Source of the DNA: an uncultured bacterium
Lineage (GTDB): Bacteria > Omnitrophota > Gorgyraeia > Zapsychrales > Aceulaceae
Direction of reading: 5' to 3'
DNA: 64,000 nt
Assembly (NCBI GenBank): GCA_937930175.1
Contig: CALGLP010000006.1
Span: 129,749-193,748 of the forward strand
In this document: piece after piece, positions 39,573 through 49,589 of the stretch
Numbering within the stretch: position 1 is the first letter of the stretch
Layout: each line of letters opens with the position of its first letter
Notes under the pieces: model-generated
Databases searched by the model: none
The model's input: the letters and a program-made list of their open reading frames with translations, nothing else
What the model was told of the DNA's origin: nothing
Position numbers and translations under genes: made by a program

Positions 39573-40217
39573 TTATTTACGAAAAACAGGAGCTGCTGTT
39601 GTTGTTGGTGGCGGCGTTGTTGTTGCTGCTAGTGGATCTTCTCTCCCTTCCGGTGGTTCTTTTGTCTCAGCTGTTGGCGTTGTTGTTGCTGGCGGCGTTG
39701 TTGTTGCTGCTGGTGGATCTTCTCTTCCTTCCGGTGGTTCTTTTGTCTCAGCTGTTGGCGTTGTAGTTGCCGGTGGCGTTGTTGTTGCTACTGGTGGATC
39801 TCTATCATCGATGAAGGTTGCGGTATCTCCCATGTTAATAGCGCTGCAGCCGCTTCCCTGACATCCAATGGATCCGGTTGAGGCAATGGATAGAGTATAG
39901 GCACCAGTGTCTCTGGTCATGAGTGCAAGCTGAGTTGGGTTATTGCTGACTGTGAGATTAAACCCATCAGGAGCTGTAGCGGCAACATCAAGAGATTTAT
40001 CGTCTGGGGCGTATTCATCATTATCAATAAAATATCGTCGTTGGGACATATGAATGTTGCTGAGAGCGGTTTTGGCTGTGCTTGCTTTCTGGTTTTCGAT
40101 CATCTCAGGGAACTTTGGCAAAAGAATTGCCGTAAGAACACCTGTCACAATGGTGACAATTAATATTTCCATGGCGGTAAAAGCTCTAAGATTTTTTAAA
40201 AAGAACGTTTTTTTCAT
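39573..40217 (-). CDS. type IV pilin-like protein with C-terminal Thr/Pro-rich tandem repeats
   Basis: Prepilin-type N-terminal motif (…RA/FTAMEILIVTIVTGVLTAILLP, Glu at +5). Two Cys in the C-terminal half. Then 2.6 copies of a 27-aa repeat ATTTPPATTTPTAETKEPPEGREDPPA. Confidence 0.7.
   Translation of the reverse strand: MKKTFFLKNLRAFTAMEILIVTIVTGVLTAILLPKFPEMIENQKASTAKTALSNIHMSQRRYFIDNDEYAPDDKSLDVAATAPDGFNLTVSNNPTQLALMTRDTGAYTLSIASTGSIGCQGSGCSAINMGDTATFIDDRDPPVATTTPPATTTPTAETKEPPEGREDPPAATTTPPATTTPTAETKEPPEGREDPLAATTTPPPTTTAAPVFRK
39597..39810. repeat. 81-bp tandem repeat (2.6 copies) inside the pilin gene
   Basis: Near-identical 81-bp units beginning at 39610 and 39691, with a diverged third partial unit at 39772. 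Explains the spurious Gly/Val-rich + strand ORF 39523..39861. Confidence 0.85.
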
Positions 40218-40437
40218 ATTAATCCTCTCTTTTGTCTAAGCATACCAACCTACATCTTCCATTTAAAGTATATCACCTAAAAAAAGCGATTGCCAAGAAA
40301 ATTTTAGATCGTGTTGTGGAAACTCGCATTTGATTTTTATGATTGCACGGTGATAATAATGATGAAGATATAAATGTTTCTAATCGTTACAATTTGGGAT
40401 TGTGCAAAAGGTAGCAGTCCCTTGAGAGGTTTTAAAA

Positions 40438-40510
40438 TGGACCGAGGGGGAGTCGAACCCCCGACCTTCTGATTGCGAACCAGACATTCTCCCAGCTGAA
40501 CTATCGGCCC
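40438..40510 (-). tRNA. tRNA-Ala (anticodon CGC)
   Basis: G3:U70 identity pair (GGGCCGA/TCGGTCC), anticodon loop TTCGCAA, discriminator A73, no encoded CCA. Confidence 0.8.
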
Positions 40511-40536
40511 TTTGAGTGGATATTTGAGGAAGTTTT

Positions 40537-41151
40537 TTATATGGTTTGCCCGCCGGTTGAAACGGCAGAGATGGTTGTTTCGGTTGTAAATTCAGAGGCT
40601 ATGCAGGTTGCAGGGTCAACGCAAGCCTCAATAACGATTCGCACTTGGTTCTCTAGGGTTGTGCTGTTGGTTGTGAATCCAACTTTAAAACTTTTAATTC
40701 TTCCTGAGCCAAGCGTGACTGTGTCAGCTGCGGCCATACAGGAACCCTTTGCTGTGCAAAATTCAATGCCTGCATCTTTAAGTTCATAACAAACCCAGGG
40801 GTCGTCAGCATAATTTTGGGGTGTTTCATTTTTGTCTTGAAGGATCGAGAGAGCTGTTCCTCCTCCAGAGATCTCGATCCCGGTGAATGTTGCGTCACTT
40901 CTTGCCAGTTGAATATTACGTGCCATATGCAAGAGTATGGAAGTTGTTTCAACAGAAAGCATGCCACGTGATCCTCTGTTTTTGTACATCATGCGAACGG
41001 CATAGTCCATGGATGCAAGGCTTGCCAAGACAGTCATGGCAATGATTGAGGCAACAATAATTTCGATTAAGGTGATACCTTTGTTGTTTTGAAGTTTGGC
41101 CTGAGGTGAAGAACGAAAGAAGGATGGTTTGATAGAGTAAAAATATTTCAT
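40537..41151 (-). CDS. prepilin-type N-terminal cleavage/methylation domain protein (minor pilin/pseudopilin)
   Basis: …NNKG/ITLIEIIVASIIAMTVLASLA class III signal with Glu+5. Confidence 0.7.
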   Translation of the reverse strand: MKYFYSIKPSFFRSSPQAKLQNNKGITLIEIIVASIIAMTVLASLASMDYAVRMMYKNRGSRGMLSVETTSILLHMARNIQLARSDATFTGIEISGGGTALSILQDKNETPQNYADDPWVCYELKDAGIEFCTAKGSCMAAADTVTLGSGRIKSFKVGFTTNSTTLENQVRIVIEACVDPATCIASEFTTETTISAVSTGGQTI

Positions 41152-41153
41152 GT

Positions 41154-41540
41154 CTAGTCAGTCCATGTTAGGGTAAGTGTAACCTTGCGCGCTCCAGAAA
41201 TTTCTGTGCAGGTGTACGAAATCGAGTTTCCTTCAAAGGTCTCACCGGGCCAAATCTGTTCACTGCCGTTACAAATCAGTTTCCAGCTACCTTCCCATAT
41301 CCGTTGGTCAGTTTTTGCGCGTAAGTCTTCTAAGAGCTCGCGTCCTTTGTTGGCCGCCCGAAGTTTATTATCGGAAACAAGATTGTTTCGTGAACCGAAT
41401 GAAAAAGCAGAAAGAATGCCAAGAAAACCAACGGAGAGAATAATAACGGTGACAATGATTTCAATAAGGGTGTAGGACTTTATGGTTTGAAATCTTTTTA
41501 ATAGCGGCATATTGAGCCGATCGGTTTTCTTAGTTAACAA
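41154..41540 (-). CDS. prepilin-type minor pilin
   Basis: …IKS/YTLIEIIVTVIILSVGFLGIL. Likely true start is Met11 (41510). Confidence 0.65.
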   Translation of the reverse strand: MLTKKTDRLNMPLLKRFQTIKSYTLIEIIVTVIILSVGFLGILSAFSFGSRNNLVSDNKLRAANKGRELLEDLRAKTDQRIWEGSWKLICNGSEQIWPGETFEGNSISYTCTEISGARKVTLTLTWTD

Positions 41541-41889
41541 CAGGAGTTGGGGCAGTTATATCAATGGATAGACTAACTCCCGTTCCGGTGGCATAGCATA
41601 CTTTTGGATCGCAGTTGTAAGCAACCTTATTTGGAATAATTCCTAAATTTAAATTTGTATTAAGTTCATCCACATTTGCCCCTTCAACATAAACTCCGTG
41701 TTCATTAAAATAAATTTTTTGTGCGGTATATAGCAGTTGAAGAGTTGTTGTGGCGTCCTTAATGCGAGTTTGAGTCATGACGTTTTGATAGCTCGGAATG
41801 GCAATGGTTGCAAGAAGGCCTAAAAGAACAACGGTAATAACGCCTTCCATAAGTGTAAAACCATTTTTTGATTTCATTTTTTCTTTCAT
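41530..41889 (-). CDS. type IV pilin / pseudopilin
   Basis: …SKNG/FTLMEGVITVVLLGLLATIAIP. Two Cys near the C-terminus (disulfide loop). Confidence 0.7.
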   Translation of the reverse strand: MKEKMKSKNGFTLMEGVITVVLLGLLATIAIPSYQNVMTQTRIKDATTTLQLLYTAQKIYFNEHGVYVEGANVDELNTNLNLGIIPNKVAYNCDPKVCYATGTGVSLSIDITAPTPVVN

Positions 41890-41969
41890 TCAGTGGTATA
41901 TAATATTTTTTTAATTTGAAAAGGCTCGGAGCTGTTGCTCCGAGCCTTTTATTGTTTATCCTACTCGGC

Positions 41970-42320
41970 TTAGTCTATCCATGTACACGAATATGTTAAA
42001 GTTTTGCACTTAGTCGCATCGCCGGTTGTCGCAGTGCAATCTATACCATTGGCTCCGTTTGCAGCACAGGTAGGCTTACCGCAATTAGAGGCAACATTAA
42101 CAGTAGTAGGAACAAAGGCGTTAGTGAAAGCGCCTTTTAAGGTTGATTGCGCCGCTACTTCTCGGCAAATTGAAGCAAGAGCTGAGTTACCTGCTCCTTC
42201 TCTTGAGCTCTTTAGTGTATCTGCAAATTTGGGAAGTGCGATACTTGCTAGAATACCCAAGATAATAATGACAATAATAATTTCAAGTAGAGTAAAGCCT
42301 GATTTTTGATGAACTCTCAT
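41970..42320 (-). CDS. type IV pilin (PilA/GspG-like, candidate major pilin)
   Basis: MRVHQKSG/FTLLEIIIVIIILGILASIALPKF canonical prepilin leader and alpha1-N. Cys-rich C-terminal region. Confidence 0.75.
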   Translation of the reverse strand: MRVHQKSGFTLLEIIIVIIILGILASIALPKFADTLKSSREGAGNSALASICREVAAQSTLKGAFTNAFVPTTVNVASNCGKPTCAANGANGIDCTATTGDATKCKTLTYSCTWID

Positions 42321-42416
42321 TGTGTTCTCCTTTGTTTTAATAGTTAATACCACATTTCTTAACCTGCTTTAAATATAGCATATGCGTACCTTTCACGCAA
42401 TAAAACATTTATTTTT

Positions 42417-43673
42417 TTAACCACCTCCTCCTGCCGTGGGTGCTCCCAAGGAAGACATATTGAGCATGGGTAAAAACATAGCAACAATAATTGTTCCAAT
42501 GGTGCCACCCATGACAATGAGCATGATCGGCTCGAAGGTGGCTGTAAAGCGTTGCGTGGCGATGGCAAGAACACGTTGATAATACTCTGCGACATGATTG
42601 AGCATTTTGGCGAGCTCTCCTGTTTCCTCCCCTACAGCGATCATTTGGATTGCCATAGAAGGGAAAAAGTTAGTTTTGGCCATTTCCTCTGAGATCATTT
42701 TTCCTTCACTGACGTTTTTTTTAATTTGTTTAACAAGCCCTTCACAAATTTTGCTTCCGATCAGGCGCTCAATGATGTCTAGCGCTTGGATGATTGGAAC
42801 CCCGCTTTCAACAAGGATGGTCATTTGAGAAGCAAATTTTTCCATGATGGCGGTCTTTTGCAGATCACCCAAGACTGGTAATGAAAAGAGCAACTGCTCC
42901 CACTGCACTTTCCCGATAGGCGTTGCGAGATATTTTCTTATCATCATAATGAAAATAATGATTGAGCCAAGAAGAATGAAAAATTTAGATCGGATAAAGC
43001 TAAAAAGATCTAAAAGCCCCTGGGTTAGGCCTGGGAGATTAGACCCCAGGGTGGAATATAACTCTTGGAATCTTGGTCCAATGAAAATAGCAAAGACAAG
43101 AATGGCTCCGACAACAGCAGTCAGAAGAATCGCTGGATAAATGAGCGCGGAAATAATTGCTGATTTTAGGGCTTCGGCTTTTTCTACGTATATGGTAATT
43201 TTATTTAAGACCCTCGGCATGGTACCTGAGGCTTCACCGACTTCGATGAGGCTGGTCCAGAGGGTATCAAACACCTTGGGGTAACGGGAGAGGGCTTTGT
43301 TTAAGCTGATGCCTTGTTCGACATCGTTACGAACGTGCTGAAGTATTTCATAAAATTGTTTACTTTCTGTTTGTTCTACAACGATGGTGAGGCTTCGCAT
43401 CAAGTTGACTCCTGAATCAAGCATGGTGGCGAGTTGGCGAGCCAGCAAAAGTTTGTCCTGCGTCGCAACGCCATTACGGGTGAATTTTCGTGATATTTTT
43501 ATTTTTTGGGATGATCCTTGAGGGTTTATTGACAGGATTCCCTCCGTCACGGCAAGAATGAAATAGCCTTTTTGTTGGAGATCAGCAATTAATGCTTCTT
43601 TGCTGTCAGCTGCGGTTGACGCTTTGATCGTTTTTCCAGAAGAATCTTTGACTGTGTAGGTAAAGTCGGGCAT
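42417..43673 (-). CDS. pilC: type IV pilus assembly platform protein PilC (GspF family)
   Basis: 418 aa. Duplicated T2SSF domains, 3 TM segments. Confidence 0.85.
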   Translation of the reverse strand: MPDFTYTVKDSSGKTIKASTAADSKEALIADLQQKGYFILAVTEGILSINPQGSSQKIKISRKFTRNGVATQDKLLLARQLATMLDSGVNLMRSLTIVVEQTESKQFYEILQHVRNDVEQGISLNKALSRYPKVFDTLWTSLIEVGEASGTMPRVLNKITIYVEKAEALKSAIISALIYPAILLTAVVGAILVFAIFIGPRFQELYSTLGSNLPGLTQGLLDLFSFIRSKFFILLGSIIIFIMMIRKYLATPIGKVQWEQLLFSLPVLGDLQKTAIMEKFASQMTILVESGVPIIQALDIIERLIGSKICEGLVKQIKKNVSEGKMISEEMAKTNFFPSMAIQMIAVGEETGELAKMLNHVAEYYQRVLAIATQRFTATFEPIMLIVMGGTIGTIIVAMFLPMLNMSSLGAPTAGGGG

Positions 43674-43674
43674 A

Positions 43675-45390
43675 TTATAAGAGTGTAATGGCTAAAACTT
43701 CTTCAAGGCTTGTTTGGCCTTCTTTGACTTTTTTAATACCTGTTTCAAATAACGTGCTCATACCGTTTTGACGTGCGGCTTCCTTGATGTCAGTGTATAG
43801 GGCATTTTTAGCAATCATTGATCGGATAGCATCATCCACAAAGAGGACCTCTGCGATGGCAATCCTTCCTTTGTAACCGATGTGATTACATTTTTCACAA
43901 CCCTTGGCGCGATAAATAAGTTCAGATTTTAAATTAAATTTTTCTTTTTGTTCTGCTGAAGGCTCGTAGGCTTCTTTGCAGCTTTGACAGAGTTTTCGCG
44001 CTAAGCGCTGGGCAACGATGATATTTAAGGAAGGTGTTAGTAAGTACGATGGAATGCCGATATCTAAAAGGCGCGTCACCGCGGATGCCGCGTCATTGGT
44101 GTGCATCGTGCTTAAGACAAGATGTCCGGTCAGGGCTGCGCGTAGACAAATCTGAGCGGTTTCAAGGTCGCGCACCTCTCCGACCATGATAATGTCCGGG
44201 TCTTGACGCAAGAAGGCGCGTAGGGCTGCGGCAAAGGTAAAGCCAATGTCGGGCTTGACATGAATTTGATTGATGCCGTCGAGTTTGTATTCAACAGGAT
44301 CTTCGGCCGTCATGATATTTTTCTTGGAATCAATAATTTCGCTTAATGCAGAATAGAGTGTTGTGGATTTGCCGCTTCCCGTTGGGCCTGTGATAAAACA
44401 TAGTCCATAAGCCGCACGGATAGCTGTGCGTATTTGCTCGAGCTGTTTGGTGTCAAAGCCTAGGGTCGCAATATCTAAATTGACAGCACTTTGGTCTAAG
44501 ATGCGCATAACAACTTTTTCACCCCAAATTGTTGGAATTGAAGAAACACGAAGATCGACCATGCGGTCTTCAAGTTTGGCGGCAAGCGAGCCATCTTGCG
44601 GAAGTCTCTTTTCCGCAATGTCAAGCTTGGAAAGGATTTTAATTCTTGAAATAATGGGGAGCAAGAGGTGCCTTGCCGGTGGTGGAATCTCGTAAAGGGC
44701 CCCATCGATACGATAACGCACGGAAATTTTTTCTTTATGGGATTCAATATGAATATCGCTCGCGCGTTGATCAATCGCCTGGCGAATAATCAAATCAACA
44801 ACCTTGATAACTGATGCGTCGCCTGCCCTTTCTGTAAGCTTGTCCACGCTAAGCTCTGTGTCCTCGCGCTGTTTTTGATTAACAAGGAGCTCTTCTTTTT
44901 CTTTAGGTGCCTCATAGGTGCTTTGTGCGGCTCTAGGTGATGATGATTGGCCACCCTTGGCATAGCAATCTTCAATAGCCAGAGCGATATCTTTTTTTGT
45001 TGCTAAGACAAGACTAAGTCCATAACCAGTTATGGTGCGTAAATTATCAATGAGGAGAAGATCGAGGGGATCAAAAATCGCACAAGTTAGCGTGTTGCTA
45101 TTGAGGGACAAGGGCAAGACAAAATTTTTCTGGGCAAAATCTTTTGGGATGAGCTTCAGAAGCTCAGGTTTCTGAGGCTTTAATAGTCCAGAATTGTACG
45201 AAAGATAAGGAATGTTTAGTTGTTTGGCAAGGCAAGCAATAATATCATTTTCTTTGACAAATCCAAGCTGGAGCAGGATTTCACCAATGCGGCCACGTTG
45301 TTTTTTTTGGGCATCAATGGCTTGGTTAAGTTGGGTCTCGGTCAGAGCACCTTGTTGGATAAGAATTTCGCCTAAGCGTAATCGTGTCAT
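43675..45390 (-). CDS. pilB: type IV pilus assembly ATPase PilB (GspE family)
   Basis: 571 aa. N-terminal T2SSE_N domain, Walker A GPTGSGKST, Asp/His boxes, tetracysteine CxxC…CxxC zinc motif. Confidence 0.85.
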   Translation of the reverse strand: MTRLRLGEILIQQGALTETQLNQAIDAQKKQRGRIGEILLQLGFVKENDIIACLAKQLNIPYLSYNSGLLKPQKPELLKLIPKDFAQKNFVLPLSLNSNTLTCAIFDPLDLLLIDNLRTITGYGLSLVLATKKDIALAIEDCYAKGGQSSSPRAAQSTYEAPKEKEELLVNQKQREDTELSVDKLTERAGDASVIKVVDLIIRQAIDQRASDIHIESHKEKISVRYRIDGALYEIPPPARHLLLPIISRIKILSKLDIAEKRLPQDGSLAAKLEDRMVDLRVSSIPTIWGEKVVMRILDQSAVNLDIATLGFDTKQLEQIRTAIRAAYGLCFITGPTGSGKSTTLYSALSEIIDSKKNIMTAEDPVEYKLDGINQIHVKPDIGFTFAAALRAFLRQDPDIIMVGEVRDLETAQICLRAALTGHLVLSTMHTNDAASAVTRLLDIGIPSYLLTPSLNIIVAQRLARKLCQSCKEAYEPSAEQKEKFNLKSELIYRAKGCEKCNHIGYKGRIAIAEVLFVDDAIRSMIAKNALYTDIKEAARQNGMSTLFETGIKKVKEGQTSLEEVLAITLL

Positions 45391-46913
45391 TTATTGATTC
45401 GTTGTTGTTCAGTCAGGAAAAGGGCTTTGTTGATTTCTTTTCTTTTGGCTTCTGAGATGCTTTGCTCGCGAGTTGTCATGCTAGCAGTAAGAGTTTTGGG
45501 CGTTATGTTATTTTGATCATCAATGATTTTAGGGGTAATGAAGATCACAAGTTCACGCTCTTGATGCGCTTTTACTGTGTAGCGAAAAGCTCCTCCAATC
45601 AAAGGAATGTCGCCTAAGAGCGGGACCTTTGTAACGGTATTCGCGTTTGTATTTTTTTTAAGGCCTCCTAAAAAGATTGTTTCATTGTCTTTAACGCGGA
45701 GAATAGTTTTACTCGAGCGTTCTTCAGGGTCTTTGTAGTTTTCGCCGGATCGAGGATCTTTAATTGAACCGATCCGTGCCTCAATCACCTTGGGCACGAT
45801 CGCCATAGTGATTTCTCCTGTCTCGATATTGATTTGGGGAGTGACCGTTAAAAAGATACCTGTTTCTATGCGCTCTGCTTCAACTGTTGAATCTGTAACG
45901 CCGCTTCCGCCCCCCGTTGTTGTTGAGACTGTTCCAATGGCTTCGTTGCTTGATATTTTGATTTCAGCGCTTTGATTATTCAGGGTTAAAATTTTAGGAT
46001 TTGCAAGATTCTTTGTATCGACTTGATTCTTTAAGAATTGCAGCATAACGGTAAGGCCTGAGGCATCAATGGTTCCTGCGGTATATTCAGGATCGAGTTC
46101 AAAGCCTTTAGATAAAATCTTATTTTGATCCCAAGGGTACAGAACAGAACGCTTAGCCCCTGAAAAGCTAAGAGCTGTGCCATATTGGACCCCAAGTTGG
46201 TCAGCGGTAGTTTTAGAAATATCAAGCATTTCAACTTGAATAAGAATTTGAGGTGTAGGGGCATCGAGTTGCGCGATTGTCTTTTCAATAATAGGAAATT
46301 GGCTTGGGATATCCGTGACAATCAAGCTGTTGGTGCGAGGGTCTTCAATCACCTTGCCATTATCAGGCGTCAAAACGCTTTCGAGAACAGCAATCATTCC
46401 ACCTCCTGTGTTGCTATCACCTATTGTGCTTGTCGATTCTGTTTTTGTAGAAGCACTATTGCTGCTTTCGCTTCCAAGGGTTGTCAAGAGTTTTGATGTA
46501 GAAACAGTTGCGTTCTTAAGGGTGTAAACGCGCGTGATGACTTCGACGGTAGGCTTTGTTACTTTTTTTACGGTAAAGATATCGCTTCCGGGCTCGACTT
46601 CGTAGATTAAGCCATTGGCATTCAGGATACGTTCAAGGGCTTCTTCCACGGGGACATTTTCAAAAAAGAGTGTCACCTTCATGCTGGCAATATCCGTGGC
46701 TGCAATAAAATTCATTCCAGATTGCTGAGAAAAGATTTTTAGAACGTTGCGCAAGTCCGCATCTTTAAAATCCATCGAAATTTTTTTGGAGTATTCGGGA
46801 TAGACAAATTTGCTAAAACGAGATATTTCAGCAAAGGAAGAATAATGCGTGATAAGGAGAAAGCTAAAAAGGAAGAAAGTGGTTAGAGCGATAGGTGACA
46901 TCTTTTTTTTCAT
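45387..46913 (-). CDS. pilQ: type IV pilus secretin PilQ
   Basis: 508 aa. Signal peptide, N-domains, C-terminal secretin domain (…VPLLGDIPLIGGAFR…). Confidence 0.8.
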   Translation of the reverse strand: MKKKMSPIALTTFFLFSFLLITHYSSFAEISRFSKFVYPEYSKKISMDFKDADLRNVLKIFSQQSGMNFIAATDIASMKVTLFFENVPVEEALERILNANGLIYEVEPGSDIFTVKKVTKPTVEVITRVYTLKNATVSTSKLLTTLGSESSNSASTKTESTSTIGDSNTGGGMIAVLESVLTPDNGKVIEDPRTNSLIVTDIPSQFPIIEKTIAQLDAPTPQILIQVEMLDISKTTADQLGVQYGTALSFSGAKRSVLYPWDQNKILSKGFELDPEYTAGTIDASGLTVMLQFLKNQVDTKNLANPKILTLNNQSAEIKISSNEAIGTVSTTTGGGSGVTDSTVEAERIETGIFLTVTPQINIETGEITMAIVPKVIEARIGSIKDPRSGENYKDPEERSSKTILRVKDNETIFLGGLKKNTNANTVTKVPLLGDIPLIGGAFRYTVKAHQERELVIFITPKIIDDQNNITPKTLTASMTTREQSISEAKRKEINKALFLTEQQRINK

Positions 46914-46924
46914 GAGAACGTTCC

Positions 46925-47371
46925 TTAAGTCGATTGAGTTATGGTTTGATCAATGCGTATTGTAAAAAGTGTATTTAAACGCATAAGGTCAACACCATCC
47001 TTGTGAATATCAACAACTTTTGAATCCTCGATCATATCACCGATCGATACCACTTGATCATTAATAATCGCCTGAGGTCGATCGCTACTCCAAACAAGTC
47101 CGCTGAGGATCACCTTGGGAGGCTTTACCTCTTTTACGGGTTGAACGATTGTTGGCTGAACATTAGTGTCTTTGCCAGGAACTACTATATTTATTATCTT
47201 ATCTGGTTCTTGTACGATTTCAATCTTTTCTTCAACTTTTGGTAGCCATGTTTCGAAAGGGTTTCTTATGTTTAAGGTTTCTTGTAAATCAAGCAAAAGG
47301 TTTTGCGCATATCCTTGCGATGCTGATGCCAGAAGCAGGATGATGGATACTCGAATAATATTATTCTTCAT
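46925..47371 (-). CDS. PilP-like pilus assembly protein
   Basis: Signal peptide, RNPFE motif, C-terminal beta domain (VILSGLVWSSDRPQAIINDQVVSIGDMI…) typical of PilP. Gene order between pilO and pilQ. Confidence 0.55.
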   Translation of the reverse strand: MKNNIIRVSIILLLASASQGYAQNLLLDLQETLNIRNPFETWLPKVEEKIEIVQEPDKIINIVVPGKDTNVQPTIVQPVKEVKPPKVILSGLVWSSDRPQAIINDQVVSIGDMIEDSKVVDIHKDGVDLMRLNTLFTIRIDQTITQST

Positions 47372-48008
47372 GGTTTAATCTCGTTGAGCTAACGGAAATC
47401 TCCCATCCCATAGCTTCTTCTTCTTGCGCTATTGTTTTATTGCGCGCGTTTCGTTGCGACGCGCTACCAGCGCTATTTTTCCATGTATTGATACGTAAGT
47501 TTTCTTTGTTTTTTTCTAATGCTTGCATGAGTGAAAGCATGTTTGCATAGGTTGACGCGAGGGTAAAATTAATAGTTTGAATTGTGTAGTAGTTTTCTTT
47601 TTGAGAACCTGTAGGGGTATAAAAGATCACATCAACGTTGTGGGTTGCCGCAAGATTAATAATGCCTTTGATGATTTCTGTTTCGGTGGGAAAACCTTGG
47701 GGAGTTACTTTAATCAAGGCATCGAGGCGTTTTTTAGCATCTTCCAGCATGATCGCTGTTTTTTGTTTTTCTTCAAGTGCGGCCATTTCATTTTTCATCG
47801 CAGCCATTTTGTCATTGCTGACTTTCCAATAATAGTGCATACCGAAAAGAGTTGTGAGGACCAGGATGCTATTGATAAAGATATCTTTGCGATGATCAAG
47901 GGTTTCGCGAATAGATTGAACGTTGATTTGGCTCATATCAAAATCAAATTTGATTTTGCTTAAGTCTTCAATTTTTATGTTTTGCAATTTTTTAAGGATA
48001 TTATTCAT
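47361..48008 (-). CDS. PilO-like (PilN/PilO family) inner-membrane pilus alignment protein
   Basis: Single TM (ILVLTTLFGMHYYW), coiled-coil region, periplasmic domain. Start moved to MNNILKK. Confidence 0.55.
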   Translation of the reverse strand: MNNILKKLQNIKIEDLSKIKFDFDMSQINVQSIRETLDHRKDIFINSILVLTTLFGMHYYWKVSNDKMAAMKNEMAALEEKQKTAIMLEDAKKRLDALIKVTPQGFPTETEIIKGIINLAATHNVDVIFYTPTGSQKENYYTIQTINFTLASTYANMLSLMQALEKNKENLRINTWKNSAGSASQRNARNKTIAQEEEAMGWEISVSSTRLNHEE

Positions 48009-49587
48009 TGGTTTCGTCCGTTTCAATGATGATTTCAAAGAATGTAACGGGAAAGCCTCCAAGCGTTTCTTTTTTGACTTGCGTGAGCTCAATTTTTTTA
48101 GAATATTTCTTGAAAAAAGCGTTCGAACGTAATCTTTCTAAGAATTCTTCGATGAGGCTTATTTGGCGATTGAGTTTTTCATCATAAGAGTAGCCTTGGA
48201 GATTCACGTAAACCTTGATTTCACGTCGGCCTGTCTCTTGGGGATTACCATAGCCAATATTGAGATTCGATAGCCAAGCACCATCAAGGAGCGCGTCAGA
48301 AATGTTCTTAAGATAGAGGGTCATATGACTTTCAAGGCGAAGTTTTTTGTAGTCAGTTGTCTTTGCCTCAACATCGACAATCATTTTTTCTAGGTCAGGC
48401 TTTGAGGCGTTTTGATATTTCTGAACAAATGTTTTAAATTCAGAAAACTTCTTTTCTAAAGGAAGCGCTTGTGAGCGTGTGATACCGTATAGCCCCCCTC
48501 CTAGACTTAAGCAAATCCAAGCCACGATAATTGTTGTTTTGTAGTTAGGTGTTTGTGTAAGAAAACTTTTTGTTCCTGAGTCAGAGACTTTAGAATGCTT
48601 TAGCTTTCGTGATTTTGCTAAATCGAGATTGAAGCTTGAGGGTGTCGTGTCTGTTAAGCTAATGCCAATGGCGTTGGCCATGTTGGAATGAAGTTCATTT
48701 TCATATCGAAAAAGATTGTTGAGGTTAAGCGATGTTGCTGCAATGCCGAGCTCATCGTTAATTCCTTGCGAAGTTTCCTTAGCGTTTTGATCAGTAAAAA
48801 GATAGATGTGTGTTACTTGACTGCTGGGATTCGCTGCTTTTGGTTGACGATTATAAAATTCAATGGAATTACGGATTTCGCTAGCAAGATTTGCAACGAT
48901 AGATCGAAAATCTTGCTCTGAGCCATCGCTGTTGGCTGTCAGTAGATTAAAGTTGCGGATCAGATGAGGAATTTGCTGGTTCACCACCATGATGGATCCT
49001 TGGCCCTCGATGATTTGAACAATGGCGATTGTTTGGGTGGCATTGGAAAGTTTTTTGACGTGAAGAATCCTTAAAAGACTTAAGATCGAGGGTTCAACCG
49101 ATAGGATTTCAGCGTTGGCGTCTTCAATAATTTTACAATACTGATCGAGCTTGTCTTGGCGTATGGCAAGAAAAAGGATCTGGTTTTTTTTTATATCTTT
49201 TTCCATAAAAGGGATTGCGTGAAAAGCATAAAATAGCTCATCGAGCTTAAAGGGCATGTATCGTGGGGCTTCAAAGGCAATCGCGTTTTCGGTTTCCAAA
49301 GGACTCATGAAGGGTATTGTAAAAGAGCGGAAAATAATATCGCGGACAGGAATTGAGAGTCGCATCTTAGGCTTATCTATATTTCGATCCTTGATTAGCC
49401 TTAGAATTGCTGCGGTTAAATGCACGTCTTCGGAGATAGCCATACCTTCAGCAGAAAGCGGTGGATTGAGATTGTCTGGGATTTGTCGCGGAATGGCTGC
49501 AGAGAAAATAAGTTGATCGCGCTGCATTTCTGCAACGGATAAGAATTCTGATCCCCAGAAAATACCAATTTGTTTCTTGGAGGCCAT
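48001..49587 (-). CDS. PilM-PilN fusion protein (actin-like ATPase-fold PilM domain + TM/periplasmic PilN-like C-terminus)
   Basis: About 529 aa. N-terminal ~350 aa with PilM/FtsA-like pattern, internal TM (TTIIVAWICLSLGGGLYGI), then a coiled-coil/periplasmic tail. Start at MASKKQ, coupled to the upstream small ORF. Confidence 0.6.
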   Translation of the reverse strand: MASKKQIGIFWGSEFLSVAEMQRDQLIFSAAIPRQIPDNLNPPLSAEGMAISEDVHLTAAILRLIKDRNIDKPKMRLSIPVRDIIFRSFTIPFMSPLETENAIAFEAPRYMPFKLDELFYAFHAIPFMEKDIKKNQILFLAIRQDKLDQYCKIIEDANAEILSVEPSILSLLRILHVKKLSNATQTIAIVQIIEGQGSIMVVNQQIPHLIRNFNLLTANSDGSEQDFRSIVANLASEIRNSIEFYNRQPKAANPSSQVTHIYLFTDQNAKETSQGINDELGIAATSLNLNNLFRYENELHSNMANAIGISLTDTTPSSFNLDLAKSRKLKHSKVSDSGTKSFLTQTPNYKTTIIVAWICLSLGGGLYGITRSQALPLEKKFSEFKTFVQKYQNASKPDLEKMIVDVEAKTTDYKKLRLESHMTLYLKNISDALLDGAWLSNLNIGYGNPQETGRREIKVYVNLQGYSYDEKLNRQISLIEEFLERLRSNAFFKKYSKKIELTQVKKETLGGFPVTFFEIIIETDETNE

Positions 49588-49589
49588 GA

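Noticed and set aside
39523-39861. + strand ORF encoding a Gly/Val/Ala-rich 112-aa protein
   Set aside because: It is the antisense reading of the 81-bp Thr/Pro tandem repeats of the minus-strand pilin gene. It has no start context and is a pure repeat translation.
40537-49587. Interpretation of the secretin/ATPase/platform/pseudopilin cluster as a type II secretion system
   Set aside because: The cluster has PilM, PilN, PilO and PilP homologues and no GspC/GspL/GspM. This is the type IVa pilus assembly set rather than T2SS.
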